IMG/VR virus record: IMGVR_UViG_3300050343_000110
Direction: 5' to 3' (one strand)
Origin: a virus
Length of the DNA: 64,000 nt
Shown: piece by piece, positions 1 to 10,376 of the stretch
How the letters are laid out: the number at the start of each line of letters is the position of its first letter
How positions within the stretch are numbered: the stretch's first letter is position 1
The notes under the pieces: generated by a model
Databases searched by the model: none
The model's input: only the letters and a program-made list of their open reading frames with translations
What the model was told of the DNA's origin: nothing
Made by a program: the position numbers and the translations under genes

Positions 1-45
1 TGTATAAGTAAAGTGAGAAAACAAAGTCGTTAGGAGACAAATATT

Positions 46-1005
46 ATGGCACATGAACTTGAAATCGTAAACGGAAACGCACAAATGGCATACGTTGGTG
101 ACGTTCCTTGGCATGGACTTGGTACTAAGGTAGAGGCTGACCTCACACCTGGCCAGTTCCAAAAAGTTGCTGGACTTGATTGGGAAGTAACTAAAGAAAA
201 ACTTGTTACCCCACAAGGTGCAATCGTGAAGAACAAGGAAGCACTTGTTCGTACATCAGACAACTCAGTACTTGATGTTGTTGGTACTGGTTGGAATCCA
301 GTACAGAACTCAGAAGCATTTGAGTTTTTCCACGACTATGTAATGGCTGGTGACATGGAGATGCACACTGCTGGTTCATTGAAAAATGGACAACTTGTGT
401 GGGCTCTTGCAAAAACCAAAGAATCATTTGAATTGTTCAATGGTGATTTGACAGAGAACTACTTCCTGTTCACTAACCCTCACCAGTTTGGTAAGGCACT
501 AAACATTCGTATGACACCAATTCGTGTCGTATGTAACAACACTCTCACATTGTCTCTGTCACAAGACACTGACAAGATGGTTACTGTAAATCACCGTAAG
601 GCATTCGATGCCGCTGAGGTGAAAGAGCAGATGGGTATCGCTCGTGAGAAAATGGAGCAATATAAGTCAATGGCTCAGTTCCTTGGTAGTAAACCTGCTA
701 CTGGCGATAATGTCATTCAGTACTTCAATGAAGTATTTGGCGCTCCAGCAAAAGAGAAGGTAGATGGTGTTATGCCTTATACTTCTCGTAACGCCAAGAC
801 TGCAATGGAAAACTTGCAGACACAGCCAGGTGCAAACTTTGCCGAAGGTTCTTGGTGGCAGGCATTTAACTCTGTAACATACATGACTGACCACTTACAG
901 GGTCGTGAAGGTGACTCACGTTTGCAGTCTGCATGGTATGGACGTAACCGTAAGGTTAAACTAAATGCCCTAGATAAAGCTCTAGAGTACGCTGAGGCTG
1001 CATAA
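46..1005 (+). CDS. DUF932 / LGT_TIGR03299-family phage-plasmid protein
   Basis: PWHGLG, HTAGSL and TPIRVVCNNTL motifs; AGGAG RBS. Confidence 0.85.
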   Translation: MAHELEIVNGNAQMAYVGDVPWHGLGTKVEADLTPGQFQKVAGLDWEVTKEKLVTPQGAIVKNKEALVRTSDNSVLDVVGTGWNPVQNSEAFEFFHDYVMAGDMEMHTAGSLKNGQLVWALAKTKESFELFNGDLTENYFLFTNPHQFGKALNIRMTPIRVVCNNTLTLSLSQDTDKMVTVNHRKAFDAAEVKEQMGIAREKMEQYKSMAQFLGSKPATGDNVIQYFNEVFGAPAKEKVDGVMPYTSRNAKTAMENLQTQPGANFAEGSWWQAFNSVTYMTDHLQGREGDSRLQSAWYGRNRKVKLNALDKALEYAEAA

Positions 1006-1117
1006 GTCTTATATATAATACAGGGTGCTGTTCGTAAGTCGCCCTGTACGTCACATAATATGCTTACTCTGTGACGCAAATCACGGTTTTGGTAGTTTCC
1101 GCCCAAAAAACTACCAT

Positions 1118-1125
1118 TATAAATA
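1118..1125 (+). promoter_or_regulatory. T4-type late promoter TATAAATA upstream of hsp20
   Basis: Exact TATAAATA. Other intergenic copies at 15104, 35576, 49139, 52570, 53706, 62664 (+) and 62217 (-). Confidence 0.75.
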
Positions 1126-1129
1126 AATG

Positions 1130-1190
1130 TGATACGCCATATTATATGGGTATTACACTGTATCTTGCTTAATAAAGGAGATTAAATATG
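1130..1190 (+). promoter_or_regulatory. ROSE-like RNA thermometer in the hsp20 5' UTR
   Basis: TCTTGCTT-AATA-AAGGAGA (1163-1181): the UUGCU motif pairs with the SD around a bulged G; an upstream hairpin is also present. Confidence 0.65.
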
Positions 1191-1622
1191 GTAAATACAG
1201 CCTTTACACTAGATCCGTCAAGGATCAATACTTACTCTATCGGTTTCGATAGAATGTTTGACAGTCTGATGGGGAATCATCCTAATCAAACTAGTCCTTC
1301 AAGTTACCCCCCTTACAACATCGTAAAACACGATGATGATAAGTTCACCATTGAGATTGCCGTTGCTGGTTTCTCAAAGGATGAGATTGAGATTGAATTC
1401 AGAGAGAATGTTCTCAAGATTGAATCTAAGTCTCGACCAGAGGGTGATGATGAAAAGGAGTACCTATACAAAGGTATTTCAAACAAACGATTTAAAAAAG
1501 CATTTACACTGTCAGATGACGTAGTTGTAAATGGTGCTGATATGAAAGATGGTATTCTTAAAATCGACATGGAAAGAATTATTCCAGATGAAAAGAAGCC
1601 ACGTTCAATCAAAATCAAGTAA
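1188..1622 (+). CDS. hsp20: Small heat-shock protein Hsp20 (IbpA-like)
   Basis: YPPYNI, IAVAGF, YLYKGIS, DGILKI alpha-crystallin motifs. Confidence 0.95.
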   Translation: MVNTAFTLDPSRINTYSIGFDRMFDSLMGNHPNQTSPSSYPPYNIVKHDDDKFTIEIAVAGFSKDEIEIEFRENVLKIESKSRPEGDDEKEYLYKGISNKRFKKAFTLSDDVVVNGADMKDGILKIDMERIIPDEKKPRSIKIK

Positions 1623-1629
1623 GTAAAGT

Positions 1630-1669
1630 GAAGGTGCCTCTTGACAGGGGCACCTTTTTATGTTATAGT
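1630..1669 (+). terminator. Intrinsic terminator overlapping a sigma70-like promoter
   Basis: AAGGTGCCTC-ttgaca-GGGGCACCTT then a T-tract; loop TTGACA (1641) lies 17 nt before TATAGT (1664). Confidence 0.7.
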
Positions 1670-1696
1670 ATGATTAATTGAAATTGAGGATTCGTA

Positions 1697-2008
1697 ATGT
1701 TTAAGAAAAAAGATGAACCTGTAGTCGCTGAAAAGCGAATTGACTACAAATACTCAGAGGATAGAATCCTCAAAGAAATGACAGAGTATATAGATAAAAC
1801 CTATAACGCTCACTATTCCCACAACAAATTTCAAGCAACAGAATTCATCATGGACAGTGGCCATGGAGAAGGTTTCTGTATCGGTAATATTTTAAAGTAT
1901 TCACAACGGTATGGAAAAAAAGATGGCAAGAACAGAAATGACTTGCTAAAAGTAATCCATTATGGTATAATGGCTCTACATAATCACGATACTCAGGAGA
2001 AAAATTGA
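1697..2008 (+). CDS. DUF3310-like conserved T4-like phage protein
   Basis: HY...GFCIGNILKY..RYGKK..DLLK motif. Confidence 0.7.
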   Translation: MFKKKDEPVVAEKRIDYKYSEDRILKEMTEYIDKTYNAHYSHNKFQATEFIMDSGHGEGFCIGNILKYSQRYGKKDGKNRNDLLKVIHYGIMALHNHDTQEKN

Positions 2009-2010
2009 AA

Positions 2011-2670
2011 ATGAAACTTAGTAATGATACACGAGAGGTTCTAAAGAACTTTTCGACCATTAACCAGAATCTTATGGTAAAAAATGGTACTGCGATTGGA
2101 ACAATGTCTGCGATGAAAAACATCGTTGCAAAGGCAACTGTTCCAGATACTTTCAATAATGAATTTGCAATCTATGACTTGAACGAGTTCTTGTCTGCAT
2201 TGTCACTATTCAAAGACCCTACACTATCATTTGATGAGAAAAGTGTACGTCTTAATGAAGAAGGTGGTGGAAGCAATCTGACTTATATGTTCAGTGACCC
2301 ATCTATCGTAACTGCACCAAAGACTGAAATTAGTATGCCCTCTGTTGATGTAGAGTTTACCTTTACACAGGATACGTTTAATCAAATCCTCAAGGCCTCT
2401 GCTGTTCTTGGTGTTCCAGATGTGGTTCTTACTGGAACTGCTGGTGGTGATATTAAACTAACTGTTACTGACAGAAAGAATGATACATCAAACGATTTCA
2501 GCATTGCAGTTGGTGACAACTCACCTTCAGACTTTACTTACTTCTTTAAGGTTGAAAACTTAAAACTTCTTTCTGGTGACTACAAGGTACAAGTATCACA
2601 ACAAGGTATTTCGCATTTTGCAAATGTGACTAAGCCTATTGAATACTTTATCGCTCTCGAAGCTGCCTAA
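2011..2670 (+). CDS. gp45: Sliding clamp gp45
   Basis: MKLS..T..LKNFSTINQ, FAIYDLNEFL, YFIALE; synteny with 44/62. Confidence 0.95.
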   Translation: MKLSNDTREVLKNFSTINQNLMVKNGTAIGTMSAMKNIVAKATVPDTFNNEFAIYDLNEFLSALSLFKDPTLSFDEKSVRLNEEGGGSNLTYMFSDPSIVTAPKTEISMPSVDVEFTFTQDTFNQILKASAVLGVPDVVLTGTAGGDIKLTVTDRKNDTSNDFSIAVGDNSPSDFTYFFKVENLKLLSGDYKVQVSQQGISHFANVTKPIEYFIALEAA

Positions 2671-2687
2671 ACCAGAAGGACTATATT

Positions 2688-3626
2688 ATGAATGATGTGA
2701 TGCTATGGGTGGAGAAGTACCGCCCAGCGAAAATCAGCGAGTGTATTCTCACTGATGAGTTAAAGAATACCTTTCAGACTTTTGTGAATGATGGACACAT
2801 TCCTAATTTACTTTTGTCTGGTGGGCCAGGTGTCGGTAAGACTACTGTTGCGAAAGCAATGTTAGAAGAAATCGGTGCCACCTATATGATGATTAACGGT
2901 TCTGAAGAATCAGGTATTGATGTACTCAGAAACAAAATCAAGAACTTTGCAAGTACTGTCTCTATGGATGGTAATCGTAAGTTCGTGATTCTTGATGAGG
3001 CAGATTATCTAAATCCTCAATCTACACAGCCTGCGTTGCGTGGATTCATTGAGGAGTTTCACAAGAACTGTGGGTTTATTCTAACCTGTAATTTCAAGAA
3101 CCGTATCATTGAACCACTACACAGTCGGTGTTCTGTTGTGGAGTTTCGTATTCCACCAACAGAGAAACCAACACTTGCTGGACAATTTTTCAAACGAGTA
3201 CAGGACATTCTCAAATCTGAGGATGTCCAGTTTGAACCAAAGGCTGTTGCTGGTATTGTTGAGAAACACTTCCCAGATTGGAGAAGAGTTCTAAACGAAC
3301 TGCAAAGGTATTCTGCCTCTGGTATGATTGATAGTGGTATTCTTGTTAATCTATCAGAAACAAACATGAAAGATTTGGGTTCTTATCTAAAAGATAAAGA
3401 CTTCAAATCTATTCGTAAGTGGGTTGCAAATAATCTAGATAACGACCCCTCTCGTATGTATCGTAAAATCTATGATACATTGTATGAAGAAATCCAACCT
3501 CAAACCGTACCTCACCTAGTTCTTGCAACAGCAGACTACTCTTACAAATCAGCCTTTGTTGCAGATCAAGAAATCAATATGCTTGCATATATGGTTGAGA
3601 TTATGACACAGGTGAGTTGGAAATGA
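2688..3626 (+). CDS. gp44: Clamp loader large subunit gp44
   Basis: WVEKYRP, Walker A GPGVGKTT, DEAD, HSRC. Confidence 0.97.
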   Translation: MNDVMLWVEKYRPAKISECILTDELKNTFQTFVNDGHIPNLLLSGGPGVGKTTVAKAMLEEIGATYMMINGSEESGIDVLRNKIKNFASTVSMDGNRKFVILDEADYLNPQSTQPALRGFIEEFHKNCGFILTCNFKNRIIEPLHSRCSVVEFRIPPTEKPTLAGQFFKRVQDILKSEDVQFEPKAVAGIVEKHFPDWRRVLNELQRYSASGMIDSGILVNLSETNMKDLGSYLKDKDFKSIRKWVANNLDNDPSRMYRKIYDTLYEEIQPQTVPHLVLATADYSYKSAFVADQEINMLAYMVEIMTQVSWK

Positions 3627-4014
3627 GTTACCAACTAAAGGATTATCTTAACTCAATCAATCTCACAAAGGAAAATCTGATGGAAACAGATGATCCTATG
3701 TGGGAGAAGAAGTATTCGCCATTTATCATTAATAAGTGTGTTGCACCATTCAATGACACAATTATGCTTGTAAATGAGATGAATCAACGTCACCACCTTG
3801 ACTCAAAACTACAATATGACTTTTTACTAAATACTATTAGACGCCTAAGAAAAGATATGCTCCTTGGGTGAAAGCGGATAAGTTGAAAAACTTAGACTAT
3901 GTAAAAGAATATTATGGTTATAGTAATGAGAAGGCCAAACAAGCATTATCAATACTAAATGATGACCAGATAACCACTATTAAAAATAGTTTGAATAAAG
4001 GTGGAAGAAAATGA
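3623..4014 (+). CDS. gp62: Clamp loader small subunit gp62 (frameshift near 3841, probable read error)
   Basis: LKDYLNSIN...QYDFLLNTIR continues in another frame as KRYAPWVK...KEYYGYSNEKA...KGG. Confidence 0.9.
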
Positions 4015-4415
4015 ACGAAACTGAATGGCATCCAGAAGAGATGCTGGAAATTAAACTTAAAGAACCTGATGACTTTTTGAAGGTTCGTGAGACACTATCT
4101 CGTATTGGTGTCGCCTCTCGTAAAGAGAGAAAACTATATCAATCCTGTCACATTCTACATAAACAGGGTAAGTACTACATTGTGCATTTCAAAGAACTCT
4201 TTGCACTAGATGGTAAAGATACAAACTTAAATGAAAATGACATATCTCGTAGAAACTCTATTGCCTCTCTATTAGGTGATTGGGGGTTAGTAGAAATTGT
4301 TGGGAGTGCAGAACCTAAGGCTCCTCTTTCACAAATCAAAGTGATTGCCTTCAAAGAGAAGGATGAGTGGGTTCTAGAAACAAAATACAACATTGGTAAG
4401 AAAAGAGAAGTATAG
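4011..4415 (+). CDS. regA: Translational repressor RegA
   Basis: DDFLKVRETLSRIG, LYQSCHILHKQGKYYIVHFKELF. Confidence 0.97.
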   Translation: MNETEWHPEEMLEIKLKEPDDFLKVRETLSRIGVASRKERKLYQSCHILHKQGKYYIVHFKELFALDGKDTNLNENDISRRNSIASLLGDWGLVEIVGSAEPKAPLSQIKVIAFKEKDEWVLETKYNIGKKREV

Positions 4416-5768
4416 TTGACACGCTCGTTTACAGATTTTATCACAGAAGAAAAGCAACTAGAAAACTACAAAGTAGTTATTCTTACAGTTGAGGTGGGTG
4501 ATAAATCTAAGACTGCAATCAAGTTTGAAAAAGAGGCAAAGAAGATGGGTATGGAAGTTCTTTTATCAGACTTCAAAACAACATCCCTGACCTTTAATAA
4601 TGGTAAGTATACTCTAAACAACAAAGACAAAAGTATGGACATCAGTTCCAAAGATACTGTTGTGTTTGTTAGAGGAACACCAACCAGAGATAGTCATCTA
4701 GACTTGATTTCAGAACTAGAAAGAATTGGTATTACTTGTATTAACAACAGAACTACTATCAGTATTTGTGCTGATAAGTATCGTAGTTATGTGAGACTAA
4801 AAGATTTCAGATTAGACCAACCCAAAAGTGTTCTTGTTCCTACAGAAGATGATATTGATTCTGCATTAGAAGAGCTTGATACCAAGTTTCCTATCATCCT
4901 CAAAACTCTTAGGGGTGCAGGCGGTGTTGGTGTTCTATTTGTTGAATCGAAACGTGCATTAGATTCTCTCGTACAATTAATTTATAAACAAGACCCAGAA
5001 ACAGATATTCTCATTCAAGAATATATCAAAACAGATGGTGACATTCGTGTTATTATTGTTGGTGATAATATTGTTGGTACAATGAAACGAGAAGTTGTTG
5101 AAGGAGATTTTAGAAGTAACTATACACAGGGTGGTGGGGTAAAATCTTACGACTTATCAGAAGAAGAAATTCGTCAATGTCTAATTGCTGCAAAGGCGGT
5201 TGATGGTGATTTTGTTGCAGTGGACTTTATTCCATACAAAGGTAAACCATACTTTTTGGAAGTAAACAGTTCGCCTGGCACAGAAGGTATTGAAGAAGCA
5301 AACTCTGGTTTGAACATTGCAAAAGAAGTTCTAGAACACTACAGGGATGTAAACAATAGATTTACTTCTCCTATCAGATGTGGTTTTCACGAGATGGTAA
5401 ACATAAAGCCATTTGGTGAAATCGAAACAAAGTTTGATACAGGGAATAGTGCATACTCAGTATTGCACGCTACTGACTTAAAAACTAGTGGTAGCAACAT
5501 CACGTTTACTACAGTAGGTGGTAAAACACATACTGCTAAACTAGAAAAAGAATATAAAGCAAGAACAGGGGGTGGAGTTGATGAACGCCCTATTGTTAAG
5601 TTAGAAGTCGAATTCATGGGCCATACACACGAACTGATGTTTGGGCTTGATGATAGAAATAAAAGAGGAACAGAAGTTCTTCTAAATAGATTTGCCATGA
5701 AAGAAATGAACGTCATGGTAGACCCTCAGAAGAAGTTGATTATTACTACAAAGAAAGGCGAAAAATAA
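4416..5768 (+). CDS. RimK-like ATP-grasp ligase fused to a C-terminal retropepsin-like (RimB-type) protease
   Basis: ATP-grasp motifs ADK, ILKTLRGAGGVGV, QEYI..DGDIRV, FRSNYTQGG, LEVNSSPG; protease KFDTGNS...ERPIV...LLNR; TTG start. Confidence 0.85.
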   Translation: MTRSFTDFITEEKQLENYKVVILTVEVGDKSKTAIKFEKEAKKMGMEVLLSDFKTTSLTFNNGKYTLNNKDKSMDISSKDTVVFVRGTPTRDSHLDLISELERIGITCINNRTTISICADKYRSYVRLKDFRLDQPKSVLVPTEDDIDSALEELDTKFPIILKTLRGAGGVGVLFVESKRALDSLVQLIYKQDPETDILIQEYIKTDGDIRVIIVGDNIVGTMKREVVEGDFRSNYTQGGGVKSYDLSEEEIRQCLIAAKAVDGDFVAVDFIPYKGKPYFLEVNSSPGTEGIEEANSGLNIAKEVLEHYRDVNNRFTSPIRCGFHEMVNIKPFGEIETKFDTGNSAYSVLHATDLKTSGSNITFTTVGGKTHTAKLEKEYKARTGGGVDERPIVKLEVEFMGHTHELMFGLDDRNKRGTEVLLNRFAMKEMNVMVDPQKKLIITTKKGEK

Positions 5769-5989
5769 TGACACTACTTGACGCAATTAAAAAACACAAC
5801 GAAGGTATCATTGCACTGCATAAAGCAAACATTGCAGTGTATCTAAAGAATCCGGCTGGTATTGGAGAACACTCTGATATCGCAGAAGCAGTACAATGTG
5901 AACTTGATAAGATTGCTGCTGCCCAAGATAGGATTGATGCAATCCATCAACATTTCTCATCAGAAGAACAAATGCCACTTTTCTCTTGA
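5768..5989 (+). CDS. Conserved T4-like hypothetical protein
   Basis: YLKNPAGIGEHSDI motif; coupled to the previous stop. Confidence 0.7.
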   Translation: MTLLDAIKKHNEGIIALHKANIAVYLKNPAGIGEHSDIAEAVQCELDKIAAAQDRIDAIHQHFSSEEQMPLFS

Positions 5990-6020
5990 CAAATCCCCCT
6001 AACGGTGGTATTATTATATA

Positions 6021-8539
6021 ATGAAATTTTACACACACGTTGCCCAATGGGGCAATCAACTACTTGTTCGTGCAGTAGAGAATGGTGTTCGTTCTAACTT
6101 CAAGGTTAAGTACGAACCCACTCTCTATGTGCCTGTTCAGAAAGAGACTGGCTGGACTACCCTAGAGGGTAAGAATGTCAGTCCTATGAACTTCCTCTCT
6201 ATTAAAGAGGCGAAGGAGTTTGTTGAACAGTATCAAAGTCAGCCCCATCTTGTCTATGGTATGACTCAATTCCCCTACACCTACATCGCCGAAAAGTATT
6301 CTAAACAGATTCAGTTTGACAGTTCACAAATGCGTATTGTCACGATTGATATTGAGGTAGAGTGTGAGAATGGTTTCCCTAACGCCGACAAGGCTCTAGA
6401 ACCTATGTTGGCTATCACCATCAAGAACCATGATACAGGACGTATCAAGGTTTGGGGTTTGCACGACTATCACAATGACAGAGAAGATGTTCAATACATC
6501 AAGTGTCAGACTGAACGTGAACTTCTGGCTCAGTTCCTTGCATGGTGGGAAAGTGACTATCCAGACGTAATCACTGGTTGGAATACAGAGTTCTTTGATA
6601 TTCCCTACATCTGCAACCGTATCAAATCGGTGATGGGTGAAGAGGCTATGAAACGTCTGTCGCCTTGGGGTATTGTAAACTCTCGCATGGTGAATTCTGG
6701 TTATGGACGTAAAGACCAAGTGTATGATATTGTGGGTGTTGTTGAGGTTGACTATCTTCAACTATATCGTAAGTTTACTTATTCTGCACAGGAATCTTAT
6801 CGTCTTGACCATATCGCCTTTGTGGAACTTGGTGAACGCAAAGATGAGAATCCTTATGAGACTTTTCGTGATTGGTATACGAAAGACTATCAGTCTTTCC
6901 TAGACTACAACATCCAAGACGTTGAACTGGTTGATAGGCTTGACGATAAGATGAAACTTATCGACCCTTATTCTGACTATGACGTATGAGGCCAAAGTAA
7001 ATATCTCTGACTCGTTTACGTCTGTTAAGTATTGGGATGTTCTCATTTACAATCATCTTCTCAAGAGAAAGATTGTCATCCCTCAAAAGACTTCCCACAA
7101 GTCCAAGGGTGAAAAGTATGTGGGTGCATATGTGAAAGAACCACAGGTTGGACAACACAAATGGGTTATGTCTTTTGACTTGAACTCATTGTATCCACAC
7201 CTTATCATGCAGTACAATATTTCGCCAGAAACACTATTGCCCGAAAAACGGTTGCCAGTTGATGTTGACCATCTTCTCGACAACAAACCTCTTCCTAAAC
7301 TTGAAGGTGCAACATTCACACCTAATGGTGCAGTCTTTCATAAACGTCACCAAGGGTTTCTCCCTGAGATGATGCAGTCGATGTATAATGACACGTACTA
7401 TCTACAAGAAGAAGATGTTGCAGGCAAAACAACAATATGAAGATACGAAGGATGCTAAATATCTAAAAGATGTTTCAAGGTACAACAACATTCAGATGGC
7501 TCGCAAGATTTCTCTAAACTCTGCCTATGGTGCAATTGGTAACGAATGGTTTCGTTATTATGATTTGCGTATTGCAGAAGGTATTACTACCTCTGGCCAG
7601 TTCTCTATTCGGTGGATTGAAAAGTCTCTGAATATGTATCTCAACAAACTGTTGAAAACTGAAGGAGAAGATTATGTCATTGCGTCTGATACGGATTCAG
7701 TATACATTACTTTTGACAAATTGGTTAATACTGTGCTTAAAGAACGAGAAGGAGAGTCGGAAGATTCATATCGTGGGCGGGCTGTTGATTTCCTTGACAC
7801 AGTGGCTCAAGAGAAGATTGAACCTTTTATTGATAAGTCTTATCAAGCTCTTGCTTCGTATGTAAATGCATATGAACAAAAGATGCAGATGGCTCGTGAG
7901 GTGATTGCCGACAAGGGTATCTGGACTGCAAAGAAAAGATACATTCTCAACGCATGGGATGTGGAAGGTGTTCGTTATCAAGAACCTCAACTCAAGATTA
8001 TGGGTATCGAGGCTGTCAAGAGTTCGACTCCTGCTCCTTGTCGTGACAAGATTAAGGAGTGTTTGAAGATTATTATGTCTGGTACAGAGAAAGATGTAAA
8101 CAACTTCATTCAAGAGTTTCGTGAAGAGTTTTTGCAACTGTCACCAGAAGAGATTGGATTCCCTCGCTCTGTGAATGGTATTCAGAAGTGGAGTGATAGT
8201 GCAAGTATCTTCAAGAAGGGAACACCTATGCATATCAAGGGCGTTATCCTTTACAATCACTTTGTCCGTCAACAAAAGTTGACTAACAAGTATCCACTAA
8301 TCCAAGAGGGTGAGAAAATCAAGTTCCTCAATATGCGTACTCCTAATCGTATGCAGTCTAACGTCATATCTTTTATGACTAAATTACCAAAAGAACTTGA
8401 CATTCACTCACATTTGGACTATGATATACAATTCGAGAAGGCTTTTATTGAGCCTCTCACTTTTATTATGAATCAGATTGGATGGAACATTGACCGTTCC
8501 TATGGTACACAAATGACTTTGGAGGACTTTTTTACATGA
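6021..8539 (+). CDS. gp43: Family B DNA polymerase gp43 (two frameshifts near 6963 and 7390)
   Basis: Exo DIEV, SFDLNSLYPH, KISLNSAYGA and SDTDS fall across three contiguous frames. Confidence 0.95.
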
Positions 8540-9675
8540 GATATAAACCATACAACCTAGAAGATGTAGTAAATGCATCTAATGAAAACAAGTTCAATGT
8601 AATCTCTACCTTTGCTGGTGGGGGTGGTTCGTCCACTGGTTATCGTCTGGCTGGTGGTAAAATACTTTGTGTAAATGAATTTGTAGAAGAGGCCCAGAAC
8701 ACTTATAGAGAAAACTATCCAGACACACCGATTTTGCCTGGCGACATTAAAGAACTATCTGGTAAAGACTTCTTGGATGTTGTTGGATTGAAAGAAGGTG
8801 AACTTGATATTCTAGATGGTTCTCCACCATGCAGTGCCTTCTCAGTCGCTGGTAAACTATCACATTCTACTGATGGTAAACACTCAGACGGTTGGGGCCA
8901 GACTAAGAATTATTCAGATGGTAAGATGGTAGAAAATATTGAGGACTTGTTCTTTGAGTTTCTACGAGTTGCAGATGATATCAGACCTAAAGTTATTGTT
9001 GCAGAGAATGTGAAGGGGTTGACTATCGGTGAGGCCAAACAATACTTTAATAAAATTAATAATACATTTGAAGATATTGGATATGATGTTGTTGCAAAGG
9101 TATTAGATAGTCGTTACTTTGGTGTATCACAAACTAGAACTCGTGTTATCTTTATTGGTTTGAGAAACGATATTACAGAGAAGGCTGGACTAAACTTTAT
9201 GACTATCAATAGTGTGTTTCCAGAACAAAGTGTAGATGTCATTCCACTAAAGGATGCACTTGTCGGACTAGAATATGATGCAGAGGAAGTTGACTATCTA
9301 ACTAAGAAGTTTCTTAATACTGCATACTGGAAAGATACTGGTAGTAATATGGAGATTGACCCACCAAAAGTTTTGACAGGTATGGACTATCATCCTAAAG
9401 GACACCACTTCAATTTGAAACGTGTATCACAGTATGCACCAGCCCCAACACTAACTGCAATGGGTAGTAATGATACAACTGCTGGTGCGTTTCACTGGGC
9501 CGAACCCAGAAAACTAACTATTGGCGAACTGAAAAGAATACAATCGTTACCAGACGATTTCAAACTTACTGGTAAGTGGAATCAGAAATCAGAACGTATC
9601 GGTAGAATGGTGCCTCCTCTGATGATGAAGGCTATCGCAGATTCAATTTATAATAAAGTACTAAAGGAGATATAA
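8536..9675 (+). CDS. C5-cytosine DNA methyltransferase-family enzyme (possible carboxymethyltransferase)
   Basis: FAGGGG, GSPPC, ENV, R.R; motif X reads GRMVPP where GN.V is usual. Confidence 0.9.
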   Translation: MRYKPYNLEDVVNASNENKFNVISTFAGGGGSSTGYRLAGGKILCVNEFVEEAQNTYRENYPDTPILPGDIKELSGKDFLDVVGLKEGELDILDGSPPCSAFSVAGKLSHSTDGKHSDGWGQTKNYSDGKMVENIEDLFFEFLRVADDIRPKVIVAENVKGLTIGEAKQYFNKINNTFEDIGYDVVAKVLDSRYFGVSQTRTRVIFIGLRNDITEKAGLNFMTINSVFPEQSVDVIPLKDALVGLEYDAEEVDYLTKKFLNTAYWKDTGSNMEIDPPKVLTGMDYHPKGHHFNLKRVSQYAPAPTLTAMGSNDTTAGAFHWAEPRKLTIGELKRIQSLPDDFKLTGKWNQKSERIGRMVPPLMMKAIADSIYNKVLKEI

Positions 9676-10376
9676 TGGCTGACTTTACTTTTGCACATAG
9701 AGAGGAAGGTTTTGATGAACATATTGAACATTCTATTCGTGGTTACAGTAATTTACTTGATGATGTGGTTCAGTACTCACGTTACTTTGTAGAAGATGAT
9801 ACTAATGTTGTAGACATTGGTTGTTCTACAGGAAAGTTCACTCAAATGATGTTAGAGGCTAATCAAGATTTTTGTTGTGATGCACATTACATTGGTGTTG
9901 AGATTGCAGAGGGGTTTCATAATGACTTACTCAAAAGACAAGAAAACATTGACAAATTGCACCCTTGGGCCTCAACTGAATTCTTATTTGAAGATGTTCG
10001 TGACTACGAGTTTGAAAACTGTTCTTTGATTACATCTATCTTCACTTTACAATTCATGCCACCTAGACATAGACAAGAAGTAATAAGACGAATCTATGAA
10101 GGATTAAATACTGGCGGTGCATTTATATTTGGAGAGAAAACAGTATGTCAAGACCCTAGACTACAGAATATGATGACATTTAATTATTATGACTACAAGA
10201 GAAAGAACTTTGATACAGAAGATATCATGGATAAAGAAAAGACTTTACGTCATATGATGAAACCAAACACTTGGGATGAGATTGTAAACAATCTTATTGA
10301 GGCTGGGTTTTGGGGTGATAAGATACAGCCATTTTGGAGAAACCACACATTCGTAGGAGCGATTGCAATAAAATGA
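9675..10376 (+). CDS. cmoA: CmoA-like carboxy-S-adenosylmethionine synthase
   Basis: FTF..F..I..SIRGY, DIGCSTG, FTLQF, IYEGLNTGG..EK, DYKR match the CmoA pattern. Confidence 0.85.
   Translation: MADFTFAHREEGFDEHIEHSIRGYSNLLDDVVQYSRYFVEDDTNVVDIGCSTGKFTQMMLEANQDFCCDAHYIGVEIAEGFHNDLLKRQENIDKLHPWASTEFLFEDVRDYEFENCSLITSIFTLQFMPPRHRQEVIRRIYEGLNTGGAFIFGEKTVCQDPRLQNMMTFNYYDYKRKNFDTEDIMDKEKTLRHMMKPNTWDEIVNNLIEAGFWGDKIQPFWRNHTFVGAIAIK

Noticed and set aside
6021-8539. Split or intron/intein-containing DNA polymerase
   Set aside because: The pieces are contiguous with single-base offsets and no inserted sequence; best explained as read indels
9675-10376. tRNA cmo5U modification role for the CmoA homologue
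   Set aside because: No cmoB is in the window and the gene is coupled to a DNA MTase; not excluded, but less parsimonious
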